Assembly (NCBI GenBank): GCA_030704615.1
Contig: CM060733.1
Location: forward strand, 17,856,001-17,920,000
Direction: 5' to 3'
DNA: 64,000 nucleotides
From: Takakia lepidozioides
Taxonomy: Eukaryota > Plantae > Bryophyta
The notes below the pieces were generated by a model. It made no database searches. It saw only the letters and a program-made list of their open reading frames with translations, and was not told where the DNA came from. The position numbers and the translations under genes were made by a program. Shown here piece after piece: positions 51,172 to 64,000 of the stretch; the stretch's first letter is position 1, and each line of letters starts with the position of its first letter.

Positions 51172-53003
51172 ATGGGCGGTCGCTATAGTTTTTTTTTTAA
51201 ATTTAGCGACCGCCATTTAGCAGCGGTCGCTTATTTTATTTGTATTCTTAAATAAAGCGACCGCCGTTTGGCGGTCGCTTCTTTAGTAAATTTTTGAAAA
51301 ATGCAGCGACCGCCATTTGGCGGCCGTCGCTATTTTTGTTAATAAAGAATACAACGACCGCCATTTGGAGGCGGTCGCTCGATTTGATTTTGATTCTTTA
51401 AATTATTTATATTTTGAATCTTGAATTAAGTACCAGTAGGCGGTCGCTTATTTAATAATTTTTTTTTAAAAACAGCGACCAAAAGACACCATGATTTACC
51501 CTTCCTTCGAGATGCGTCATATTTTCTATAGGTCACATTTCAATGGATCTGATTCAGAAATTAAATCGCTAAGAAGATGTAGGGACATCATCTTTCAATC
51601 TCATCACCGTGACCAATCTCTGAAGCATGCACCAACTGTACCATTCATATTTCATCTGTTCATCTAAACATTTAATTCATCTATATATGTGAAACGGTTG
51701 AATGGCTCTCTCAAAAAAAATTCGCAACAAGAACCATATGCGTATTCCCACAATAACTTCAAAACTGACAACTTTATAATTCCACCCAATGTCTCCTAGA
51801 GATGACATTGAAATTCAACCAACTTTCCTTTTGATAAGATTGTACATCAAAAGTCGAAAACTATGGGAGGCCCAGGGCCATGGCCAACAAAGTAAGAAAA
51901 GAGCTGAAGTACAAGGTAGAGACGTATAGTGAGAGGGGTGAATATTTCTTCCATCTTTCTAAACATTTCATTCGTTTGTATTTGTCAAACATTGAATGGC
52001 TCCGCGAGTATAGGGCCACCCCCAAAAGGGGGCAGTAGAGGTGAGGCGAAGTGGTCTTAGTTCTCTCTATCTATGGCTCCGCGAAAAGTTTTTCAAGGAG
52101 AACCATGTGAGTCCTAGTTATCATTCCTGACGTGACGTGGCGCTAACACGTCGGCCGTCACGTCCGACGTGTGTCACGTCATGTCGAATCCGGACGTTTA
52201 CCCATGTAATTTTTCTTTTACATTTGACTTTTACGATTTACTTCTACCATTTGAAATGACACGGCAGCCACATGGTAAAACAGACGTGGCCAATTATTAA
52301 TATTTACTAATTCTTTAAAAACAATGTGTCCGCCTATATTGGCGGTCGCATATAATTTATTATTTTTAAAATAAAAGCGACCGCCCATATTGGTGGTGGC
52401 TTGTAATTTAATATTTTGTTAAATTAAGCGACCGTCTATATTGGCGGTCGCCGGTAATTTATTTATTTATAAATGAAGCGACCGCCCATATTGGCGGTCG
52501 TTTGTATTTTATTATATTTTAAAATAAGCGACCACCTATATTGGCAGTCGATTGAGGTTTATTATGTTTTAAATGAAGCGACCGCCCAGATTGGCGGACG
52601 CTCGCACTTTATTATATTATATTATTATTATATCTTTGATATATTCTATAAAAATATAATTACCGCCATGTGGCAGTCGCTATAGTTTTTTTTTTTAAAT
52701 TTAGCGACCGCCATTTAGCAGCGGTCTCTTATTTTTATTTTTATTCTTAAATAAAACGGCCGTCGTTTGACGGTCGTTTCTTCAGTAAATTTTTGAAAAA
52801 TGCTACGACCGCCATTTGGCGGCCGTTGCTATTTTTGTTAATAAAGAATACAGCGACTGCCATTTGGAGGCAGTCGCTCGATTTGATTTAGATTCTTAAA
52901 TTAAGCGACCGCCGTTTGGCGGTCGTTTATTTATATTTTTGAATCTAGAATTAAGCGACCGCCAGTAGGCGGTCGCTTATTTAATATATATTTTAAAAAA
53001 ACA
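51172..53003. repeat. AT-rich region with many short palindromic GCGACCGCC..GGCGGTCGC units; direct repeat 51175-51480 = 52672-53003
   Basis: Direct read; resembles subterminal repeat arrays of DNA transposons. Confidence 0.8.
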
Positions 53004-53209
53004 ACTCTGTTTTTTAATCAGGAAGCGGCGTCTGGCCAGCCACGTGACGAGGTGTCACGGAGCCTATGTAGTACTTCGGTTCATGGGCAAGCCATTCAAT
53101 TGGCCTGAGCTGAAAGACGTATATAGGACGGAGTAGACCATAGTCTCGTAGATATGAGATTTGTGGCGGTACAATGGTTCTTTTATTAAGACATAACACA
53201 ATTTTGATC

Positions 53210-54830
53210 TAAATAAAGTCCCATTGTAAATACTACATTGCATATACTCGACCCTGACACCTATCATCACAACATAAATGGTTTTTGTACTGGCTCACTG
53301 TTTATATTTGTAATGTTCCAAAGTCTCGGATGGGTTATGAGAAAACGATGTATTAGTTCCGTAGGAGTTAGACAACAAACGTCTCACATCTCATTCAAAT
53401 GTGCGACACTACCATGAGAGGCATAGATCGGAAAGTAATAGGTACACATGCGACCTCCGAATGCGGCTCGGTAGGTCCTGGCTCCCTGCTATATCCGGTA
53501 GCAGGGCCGAACGTTTGATACTAGGTCCAGCGAATGGTCTACTTGAACATCTGGAGGTCACATGTACACCTATTACTTTTTTATCCATACCACTCATGGT
53601 AGTGTCGACATTTTAATGAGATATGGAATGTTTGTTGTCTAACTCATATGGAACCAATATATCATTTTCTCAGTACCCTGTCAGAAACATTGAAACATTC
53701 GAAGTTACAAACAGTGCCACAATACACGGCCGGTTTTGTTGAAATGACATCTGTGAGGTTCGAGTGTATGCAATTTATTATTTACAACAGAACTTTATTT
53801 ACTCGGGGGACCGGTATTGCTGCTGGAGCGCAACTGATGGTGTGAGTTCTCTGTTGATTAGAGCTGTCACAACCAATGTCGACAATCATATTTACGGTAA
53901 GGTGTTTCATGCTATTGTTGTTCCTCTAGCTGAATTCTGTAGTACTCTTTTTGCTATTCCTATACCAACGTCCTGTGAGACTGTCATGTTCAAACAAACG
54001 TATCAACCACCCCGGCCAGCTTGCAGGCTGCAGCCATAAATTGAATGAATTGGAGATTTTGTGCGAAGTTCTTGGTTTCATGTCCGTGGTGGCTGATACG
54101 AAATTCGGAATATGGCAGTCGCAGTGGACCTGATGTTGTTGGCATGGGAGTAGCAAAACGATTCCTAAAGAATTCAGCTACATGAACATCGGCAGTATGA
54201 AACACCTTGCAGTACATATTATTCTTGAGATTGTTTGCACGGATTATTTGTGTTTGTGCTTTCAAGTGACGAACATTTCCGCCATAGTGCGGAAGAGGTG
54301 CATTGGCCACATTAAACAGTTGATGTGATACCATTTCACAAATGTATCACATTGCATTTGTGAAAATGTATCACATGAACCGTTCCATGTGGCCTACGGA
54401 AGTCTTCGATGGATACGAGATCAATGTGGCCTATGAGATGAGCTTCCACCAACAAAGATGTGATCATTTCATAAGCGCTTGAAGCGAGGTTCTTCATCCA
54501 GATGTTCAACATGCTGAGGTCTTCTGTAATGTCTCTTGCTTCGTAATGAGGTGCTTCTCCAACTCTTATTTTTCCAATGTTGATATCTTCCATCTGAAAC
54601 ATATCCACACATGCGTATATAAAGACTTAAAAAACCAAATGACCATGAAAACTGGAAGCTGGGGATGAGGCTTATAAAAGTGGAGATGGTCATTTGCTTA
54701 TTTAAGGATTTCTCCACACATATGTGGATCTGTTCCAGGTGGAGAACATCAACATATTGGATAAAGTGGACATGAAGAAGCACCGCATTACGAGGCATGA
54801 GACACTACAAAAAGAGCTTCAAAGGGCATA
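53210..54830. repeat. Three consecutive diverged inverted duplications (centres ~53505, ~54050, ~54665)
   Basis: Mirror translations NHIYGKVFHAIVVPLAEF (+) vs NNMYCKVFHTADVHVAEF (-), and MDMFQMEDINI (-) vs MDLFQVENINI (+); 53210-53465 pairs with 53545-53800. Confidence 0.8.
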
Positions 54831-54859
54831 CCATGTAACAGGTCCCAGTATAATCGAAG

Positions 54860-57800
54860 ACGAAACCCAATTCATTCAATGGGCGATTGAATGGTTGCCC
54901 ATCCAAATGATTTTCGTTTGCTTTCAATTTTTGCCACTATGTTCAACATACCATTTATCATGTCCCGGACTAATATGAGATCAATCGAAATTCATTCGAT
55001 GGCTCAACGAATGGTTGGCCATCGAAATGATTTTGATTCGCTTTGAGACTCAATGGGCCAACGGATGGTGGGCCAACGGATGGTTGCCCATCCAAATGAT
55101 TTTCGTTCGCTATGAGACTTCGCCAGTGTGTTCAATGCACCCTCTGATACGTCCTAGTGTAATACGAGAGTGCTAAGAATGCTAAGGATGTTTGGGATAA
55201 GTTAGCAAGCATATATGAGACGAAGGATGTCACATCGCAAGTGTATGCGACGCAAAAGTTCTATGGTTTGAAGATGACCGAGTCAGACTCAGTTGAACAA
55301 TACTTGATTTTTTTTTTTTTGTTGCGAGATCAACTTGTCTCTGTGGGAACTAATGTGACTGATGAATACGCCGTAGTGGTGTTATTGGCAACCTTACCTG
55401 AATCCTATGATGGTTTTGTGGTGTCTCTAGCAGGACAAACCAACTTAACTATTGATGTTGTCATAGGACTTCTCCTCAAGGAGGAAACAAGAAGAAAATG
55501 TCAAGGTACGTCTACAGAGGTAGACAGAGCTTTGTTCACAGGCAAGACTGGAGTAGTCTTGAATAGAAGACTCCCTTCACATATGTCTCAGAAATCCCAG
55601 AGGTTTCAGAAACCTTAATCTAGCTCAAAGATCAAAAAGGCCAAAGTGAGGTGCTTTTATTGCAAGAAACTTGGTCACATGATCAAGGATTGTAGAAAGC
55701 GCATTGCAGATGAGCGCAGCAGAGAGTCAAGGGAACATAGCTACTCATCAGAGGAATGTTATTCTATTTGTTGTGTCTCTCTCAGCCACTACTAGACAGA
55801 AGCATGTGTGGTATGTTGATTCAGGAGCATCTCAACATATGAGTTCAGAGAGAGAACATTTCTTATCCTATAGATCTCTTTCACCTACACAATATGTTCT
55901 TTTGGAAGATGATAGCAAGCATGTCATTGGTGGGGAAGGCTCAGTCTCTCTTATGCTCAATGAAGGGGAAACCATAGAGGTGGAAAATGTCCTACATGAC
56001 CCTACTTTAACAAAGAACCTGCTGTCAGTAAGGCAAATTGTTGCAAAGGGATACAGAGTGGTATTCCATAATGAGAGTTGTACTATCACAGATAGCTCAG
56101 GAGCTGTGGTAGCAAGAGCTATTCTTGATAATTGCTTATATAGATTACAACATCATGTCTCTAGTGCTCTTACCACATTTTCACCACAGTTGGGATCTAC
56201 ACCTGTCATGTCAGAAACAGAGTTGTGGCATAGAATGTTAGGTCATGTGAGCATTAAGAAGTTGAGACAGATGCAACTCTCAAGCCATCTTGTGGAAGGA
56301 CTACCATAGAAGGAGATGAGCGATATGCGTCTATGCAAAGGTTGCTTGGAAGGAAAGCAACATCGAGGTCAATTTCCTAAGGATGGTGGACGAAGAGCCA
56401 CAAGTATATTGGAGATTGTACATTCTGATGTGTGCGGGCCAATGCAAACCACATCACATGGAGGAGCAAGGTACTTTGTGACATTCATTGATGATTTGTC
56501 AAGGAAGGTTGTGGTGAATTTCCTAAGGCAGAAAAGTCAAGTACTAAAGAAATTCAAGGAGTTCAAAGTACTTGCAAAAAAAACAAATTGGAAAGCCTCT
56601 TAAGATTTTGAGATCTGACAATGGTGGTGAGTACATCTCAAAGGCTTTCAATCAGTTTTGTCAAGAGAATGGAATAGCTCGACAACTTACTGTTCCATAT
56701 ACACCTGAGCAGAATGGTATAGCTGAGCGGATGAATAGATCACTACAAGAATCTGCAAGGAGTATGTTGAAATAAGTGAATCTTTCAAATCATTTTTGGG
56801 CAGAAGCTGTTGGCACTGCAACATATCTTCACAACAGAATACCTACCAAATCAGTGTTGGGGAAAACACCAGAAGATGTATGGAGTGGTCAGAAGCCTAG
56901 TGTGGCTCATTGTAGGATTTTTGGATGTCGTGCATATGTCCATATCCCTACTCAGAAGCGAAAGAAACTTGACTCCAAAATCAGAAGGATGCATCTTCAT
57001 TGGCTACACAGAAGGTGTGAAAGGATATAAGTTGTTCAATAAGACAACTAAGGCTGTCAAACACAGTAGGGACGTAGTGTTTGATGAAGGCTTCATACCC
57101 TCTTTGGTAGTGGGAGAAGCTGACATGAGAATGAGCTCAATCGAAATTCGTTCGATGGGCCAATGAGGCGTTCACTTGTCATCTGGTTTTTTATTCAATG
57201 CAAAAAACAAATTTTGCAATGCGTGCACGACTATTGCACCCATTGAACGGATGTGGTTGAGGACTCTCTTTTGCCCCCATGTGCAGGAACATGTGTACGA
57301 CACATGTGTACGACACATGTGCGGAGACACATTAGATGAATAAATAATTTGCCTCCCCATCGATGCGCTCACCCCTCAAGCCATTCCACAATTTAATTGA
57401 ATTTAAATTCATTTTAAGCCAATAAATAGGTTTGCAATGCTTTTCATTGGGGGTTTTTGGCACATTGATTTTTGCTCAATTTTGTTCTGCGGCTTCAAGC
57501 ATCCCACCGCTACTCCCCTGCCAAAATTTGGACCAATAAAAAATGCCCCCAAAAGAAAGTGTTCTCTCTCGCTCGCTATTGCAAAACTCTCTATGAAGAG
57601 TGCATAAAGTATAACACAAATCAAGTTGGGAGTGCAAAACAGGGAAGAAACTGTGGTTGTGGGTCCAAATGAATTATGTTCGCTCCCAAATTTGGCACGC
57701 ACATTGCATATGGAGTCATTACATGCCCCATTCAAAAATGGAATGAAAAAACAAATAGTGAGCACGTGAAACACAGTCCAACAGGTCGGAAAGTAATAAC

Positions 57801-60800
57801 AGATCCAACGGAATACATTCAACATTTTTTATTGGTCCAAATTTTGGCAGGGGAGTAGCGGTGGGATGCTTGAAGCCGCAGAACAAAATTGAGCAAAAAA
57901 CAACGTGCCAGAAACCCCCAATGAAAAGCATTGCAAACCTATTTATTGGCTTAAAATGAATTTAAATTCAATTAAATTGTGGAATGGCTTGAGAGGTGAG
58001 CGCGTCGATGGGGAGGCAAATTATTTATTCGTCTAATGTGTCTCCGCACATGTGTCGCACACATGTTCCAGCACATGGGGGCAAAATATGAGCTTCAACC
58101 ACATCCGTTCAATGGGTGCAGTAGCCGTACCCGCATTGCAAGATTCTTTTTTCGCATTGAACAAAAAACCAGATGACAAGTGAACGCCTCATTGGCCCAT
58201 CGAAAGAATTTCGATTGATCTCGTATTACACTGGGACGTATCAGAGGGTACATTGAACACACTGACGAAGTCTCAAAGCGAACGAAAATCATTTGGATAG
58301 GCAACCATCCGTTGGCCCATTGAATGAATTTCGATTGACTGCATATTACTCTGGGGCCTCTTACATGGCACATTGAACATAGTGGCCAAGTCTCAAAGCG
58401 AACCAAAATCATTTCGATGGCCAACCATCCGTTGAGCCATCGAATGAATTTCGATTGATCTCATATTGGTCGGGGACATATGAGAGGGTGTCTCGAACGT
58501 ACTGGCAAAGTTTGAAAGCAAACAAAAATGATTTGGATGGGCAACCATCCATTCACCCGTTGAATGTATTCCGTTGGATCTGTTATTACTTTGAGACCTG
58601 TTGGACTGTGTTTCACGTGCTCACTATTTGTTTTTTCATTCCGTTTTTGAATGGGGCATGTAATGACTCCATATGCAATGTGCGTGCCAAATTTGGGAGC
58701 GAACATAATTCATTTGGACCCACAACCACAGTTTCTTCCCTGTTTTGCACTCCCATCTTGATTTGTGTTATACTTCATGCACTCTTCATAGAGAGTTTTG
58801 CAATAGCGAGCGAGAGAGAACACTTTCTTTTGGGGGCATTTTTTATTGGTCCAAATTTTGGCAGGGGAGTAGCGGTGGGATGCTTGAAGCCGCAAAACAA
58901 AATTGAGCCAAAAACAACGCGCCAGAAACCCCCAATGACAAGCATTGCAAACCTATTTATTGGCTTAAAATGAATTTAAATTAAATTAAATAGTGGAATG
59001 GCTTGAGAGGTGAGCGCGTCGATGGGGAGGCAAATTATTTATTCGTCTAATGCGTCTCCGCACATGTGTCGCACACATGTTCCAGCATATGGGGCAAAAT
59101 ATGAGCTTCAACCACATCCGTTCAATGGGTGCAGTAGTCGTGCCCGCATTGCAAGATTTTTTTTTTTCGCATTGAACAAAAAACCAAATGACAAGTGAAC
59201 ACCTCATTGGCCCATCGAACGAATTTCGATTGATATCGTATTACACTGGGACGTATCAGAGGGTACATTGAACACACTGGCGAAGTCTCAAAGCGAACGA
59301 AAATCATTTGGATGGGCAACCATCCGTTGGCCCATTGAATGAATTTCGATTGATCGCATATTACTCTGGGGCCTCTAACATGGCACATTGAACATAGTGG
59401 CCAGGTCTCAAAGCGAACCAGAATCATTTCGATGGCCAACCATCCGTTGAGCCTTCGAATGAATTTCGATTGATCTCATATTGGTCGGGGACATGTGAAA
59501 GGGTGTCTCGAACGTACTAGCAAAGTTTGGAAGCAAACAAAAATGATTTGGATGGGCAACCATCCTCCAAAAGAAAGTGTTCTCTCTCGCTCGCTATTGC
59601 AAAACTCTCTATGAAGAGTGCATGAAGTATAACACAAATCAAGTTAGGAGTGCAAAACAGGGAATAAACTGTGGTTTTGGGTCCAAATGAATTATGTTCG
59701 CTTCCAAATTCGGCACGCATGTTGCATATGGAGTCATTACACGCCCCATTAGAAAACGGAATGAAAAAAAATAGTGAGCACGCGAAACACAGTCCAACTG
59801 GTCCCAAAGTAATAGTAGATCCAACGGAATACATTCAACGGGTGAACGGATGGTTGCCCATCCAAATCATTTTTGTTTGCTTCCAAACTTTGCCACTACG
59901 TTTGAGACACCCTCTCACATGTCCCTGACTAATATGAGATCCATCGAAATGATTTTGGTTCGCTTTGAGACTTGGCCATTATGTTCAATGTGCCATGTAA
60001 GAGGCCCCAGAGTAATATGCGATCAATCGAAATTCGTTCAATGGGCCAACGGACGGTTGCCTATCCAAATGATTTTCGTTCGCTTTGAGACTTCGCCAGT
60101 GTGTTCAATGTACCCTCTGATACGTCCTAGTGTAATACGAGATCAATCGAAATTCGTTCGATGGGCCAATGAGGCGTTCACTTGTCATATGGTTTTTTGT
60201 TCAATGCGGAAAAAAATCTTGCAATGCGTGCACGACTATTGCACCCATTGATTGGATGTGGTTGAAGACCCTATTTTGCCCCCATGTGCTGGAACATGTA
60301 TACGACACATGTTCGGAGACACATTAGACGAATAAATAATTTGTCTCCCCATCGACGCGCTCACCCCTCAAGCCATTCCACAATTCAATTGAATTTAAAT
60401 TCATTTTAAGCCAATAAATATGTTTGCACTGCTTTTCATTGGTGGTTTTTGGCAGGTATCGATTTTGTTTTTGGCTCAATTTTGTTTTGCAGCTTCAAGC
60501 ATCCCACCGCTACTCCCTTGCCAAAATTTGGACCAATTAAAATTGCCCCCCGAAAAAAGTGTTCTCTTCATTCGCTATTGCAGAACTCTCTATGAAGAGT
60601 GCATGAAATATAACACAAATCAAGTTTGGAGTGCAAAACATGGAAGAAACTGTGGTTTTGGGTCCAAATGAATTATGTTCGCTCCCAAATTTGGCACGCA
60701 CGTTGCATATGGCTACATTACACGCCCCATTCACAAACGGGAGAAAAAAAATATTGTGAGCATGCGAAACACAGTCCAACAGGTCCAAAAGTAATAGCAG

Positions 60801-61175
60801 ATCCAACGGAATACATTCAACGGGTGAACATATGGTTGCCCATCCAAATCATTTTTGTTTGCTTCCAAACTTTGCCGGTACGTTCGAGACACCATCTCAC
60901 ATGTCCCCAACTAATATGAGATCAATCGAAACTCATTCGATGGCTCAACGGATGGTTGACCATCGAAATGATTTTGGTTCACTTTGAGACTTGGCCACTA
61001 TGTTCAATGTACCATGTAAGAGGCCCCAGAGTAATATGAGATCAATCGAAAATTCGTTCAATGGGCCAACGGAAGGTTGCCCATCCAATTGATTTTCGTT
61101 CACTTTGAAACTTGGCCAGTGTGTTCAATGTACCCTCTAATACGTCCCAGTGTAATATGAGATCAATCGAAATTA
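54860..61175. repeat. ~1.03-kb tandem macrosatellite (about 4 units, each with three ~100-bp subrepeats), with an internal inversion and a Copia insert
   Basis: Repeated GATCAATCGAAATTCGTTCGATGGGCCAA and CCAAAATTTGGACCAAT blocks; equivalent spurious ORFs are offset by 1027 bp (58095 vs 59122). Confidence 0.9.
55170..57136 (+). mobile_element. Ty1/Copia internal fragment (gag-protease-integrase), no LTRs or RT, frameshifted
   Basis: [93 protein letters not shown]. Confidence 0.93.
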
Positions 61176-61610
61176 TTTTGTGCTTTGAGAACTTTGTGGG
61201 TATGTTCGTAGAAAGATTTTGCGAAATGATTATGAAATACGCAGGGACCAGGCGAAATTTGTTTGGAAGATGACCGTTCGTAACTCGTTATAACTTATTG
61301 GTTAACATCAATTTTCCTTGTTCTCCAGCTTTCGGAGTTCATTGCAAATACCCACATACACGTCATGACCAAATATGACACCATTGTAAATTTGTTTACA
61401 GGGTGAATCACTTCTTCCCCATCTCACGAGTGTAAATGTGAATGCTGTTCATGCAATTGAAATTGGCAGGTGCCGTACATGTACATTGTGTATTAACAAA
61501 ATTGGTGATATACAAAATTGGCGGAATGCTATCACTGTGTTTTGCAACAATATTCAAGGTACAACAAAAATGCACATTGTATATGTACTACGTTGCCAGT
61601 CATTTAAAGC

Positions 61611-64000
61611 CTAGTCGTCACTGTCCATGGACAAGGAATTTGATGTTGTAGCCTGATTTGCACTGCCAATTGCCAGAGCTTGCGACCGTGATCTCGTGGT
61701 CAATGAGGGGCCCAATGCCTCGTGATCAATTCTGGCCTGTATCCGCCTACTTCGCGGCGAAAGTTGACTTTCTTCTTCACTTTCACGACGTGGCGGAGGT
61801 GGATCGAGAACAAGTGCTCGGGCTGCATGCAAATCGGCAACGAAGCCGTCCACATCTGACAATAAAGCCCCCGAAACACGATGATAACGGTCTGTCCATA
61901 GTCGCATCCATTTATCTACAACTATCTTGATGATACTTTTGAAACTTTCCAACTGCCTCTCGCGGGCCCTGTCCCTAATCATTGTGTCGTTTCGACGATA
62001 AGCCACCTCGTACGCCTCATTCATTCGGCGTTGACATATTATAGCATCTTCCAGTTCGGACAACAACAAATGTCTCCCAATCGGTTGTCGCCGGTCGGTC
62101 ATACAATTCGTTCTCCTCCGGCACCCATGGAACCTGTGGGAGCCGGATAAACTTGGACCTTCTTTGACTCCAATGCCCTCCCAGATTGCGGCAAAATTAC
62201 TCTCTCTCCCACCAATCTCGAATGCCTCCCGCACGTATGATTATCTCCTAGTCAGATGTGACCCAAAAAATAATGGGAATCTTTGATTTATGTCGGGTTT
62301 CCGGCATGTATGCCATGCATCTCTCTGTCTGCATCCCATACCAAGTTCTTGTCCCCAATGCACACAATTCAGAAATGTGAATGGTAGCACATCCAATGGG
62401 AGGTTGTGTCGATTGTATTCAAAACCTATGGGGCATCCGTTCCTCCAAGCCCACCAGCTCATAGAAACGACGATGGATTGGTGTACGTCATTCTGGGCAA
62501 GCGCTCATCCGCATGGCTTGCGGGATAAGACATGTGAGATGGAACATATGTCCACATGATCCAAGCACATGACAACCCTCTGGGCCGTATGGATTCCTAC
62601 AAATCGAACAAACTATGTCATCTGATATCCATGACGGCAAAACGCGTCATGGTATCTCCTCTTTCTGGGCCGGTTTGATGTGGCTGGTCATCCTTGTTGT
62701 GATGTCCCACTCTTCATCTATCTCCAATTCCCAGTTTATGCTTCTGTTCGACCCCGAGATTCTGTGCTAACATCGATCGAACATAGAATCTACATCTGCC
62801 CAATTGGTATACCCGACGAACACGCTTGATGCGATGCGGAGATCGTTATACCTTTGCAAGTTGGCATAAATGCTATCTACGCTACGGTTCGACATGCGTG
62901 CGACACGTTGCAAGCCTGACAGTGCCCGCTCTACCCGTGCTTCTCTGGAGGCCAAATGGCTCACCCAATTCTCCCAATCGCCATTCAATGGGACCCCTGC
63001 CGGAATCTCTAACGTTTTGGACAAGCGCCATGCAGTTGCCATGACAATGTCTCGTTCCTTTCTAACGCGGTCGACATCTAATATCGGATTTATCTCGGAT
63101 TGAATGACGACCCTCGAGCATTCCCCGGTTTCCAGTACTGGTTCTTTAACTTTCCTCCTTCTCTCATCCGCAATTCGTTGTTCCTCAACCATGGTTTCAT
63201 CGGCCACAGGGTCAAGGATATCCGTAATTTCGTGAATGATGAGGTCAATACTGTGATCGGGCATCGCAAACTCCGCGTCCATGTCCACGACGTTTGTTTG
63301 ATCCTCATTGTGGACAACAATGCCTTCATTGTTTGGAGACATGTCTTGCAATCTAGTTTCCAACTTGGCTATGCGCAGTGTTTGCCAATCTAGTCGGTCC
63401 TGTAGGGTCCTGATTCGCTGGTCTCTTTCCACCAGTTGGTCCTCTAACGTTGCAGTCGGTTGTATTCCGAACGTGTCCAGGATGTACTCCAAATCGTATA
63501 GCAACCTTGCGTTCATCCTACTAGCAGTTTGCCAATTCACTGGACGCAAGAGTATGACCTCCACGTACAATATGGCTGCCAAGGTGTACGGGATTTGGCC
63601 CTTTAAGAGAGGTTGACCCCACAATGTGCAATGCACCTCATTCGGAAATGCAAGTTCGTGCAAGACCTGGACTCTGCGTAATTGTTTCAGGTTTGCACGT
63701 CATGCCTATCCAAATGCCACAATCGATTGATGTGGATTTCATGAATTTTTTGCATCTCGCCATCGGCCACCTGAACTCTTCCGGAACATCCTCCCAGCCA
63801 TCTTCTACTAGTATGCTAGGTCACCATATACTTCCCAATTCAAGTCTTGCCTTGACCCTTTGATTTTCTTAGGGGGCGGTCCATGTTCATTGGGGTCATC
63901 TCTTCCATGACACTCATCGTCCTGGCCCTCTGCCATTTTGCAACAATCGGAGCAACACTAAACGAGGTTTACTAATAAGTCCCTTCTGCACGTGACTACG
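61611..64000 (-). pseudogene. Intronless coiled-coil plus RING-H2 finger pseudogene, probably TE-associated
   Basis: ORF 62767-63663 continues in frame through stops into CSICRNPYGPEGCHVLGSCGHMFHLTCL..ACPE*R (62485-62610), then a frameshift into 62241-62462 and 61611-62234. Confidence 0.7.

Noticed and set aside
57172-60919. Repeated ORFs such as MLNVFRWICYY.. and MAIEMILVRFETW..
   Set aside because: Translations of macrosatellite units on both strands; no coding signature.

Overview
Eukaryotic nuclear DNA from a land plant, probably a non-seed plant (inferred from gene and TE style). There are four spliced host genes: a MUR4/UXE-type UDP-arabinose 4-epimerase (-, runs off the left edge), a two-domain universal stress protein (+) with an ABRE-rich promoter, a canonical-type histone H2A (-) and an RBM39/CC1-like splicing factor (+). 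The rest is dense repeat and transposon sequence. The main find is a 10.3-kb Ty3/Gypsy retrotransposon (22617-32942, - strand) inserted into an L1-type LINE with a 4-bp TSD (TCTT). Its pol carries a DNMT3-like C5 cytosine methyltransferase between protease and RT, and a PHD finger after the integrase. Its PBS is complementary to its own LTR (Tf1-type self-priming). Its terminal repeats are not ordinary LTRs but split direct repeats (B...internal...A-gc-B-t-A). This is what a 2-LTR circle would give if opened at an internal palindrome (GACA-GC-TGTC) and integrated by a DDE integrase. Also present: a 3.8-kb ~45-bp satellite upstream of H2A, two TTAA/CCC-ended piggyBac-like non-autonomous elements, LINE remnants, three serial fold-back palindromes, a ~1.03-kb macrosatellite with an internal inversion and an LTR-less Copia fragment, and a coiled-coil/RING-H2 pseudogene. 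Exon and junction coordinates were read by eye and no searches were run.
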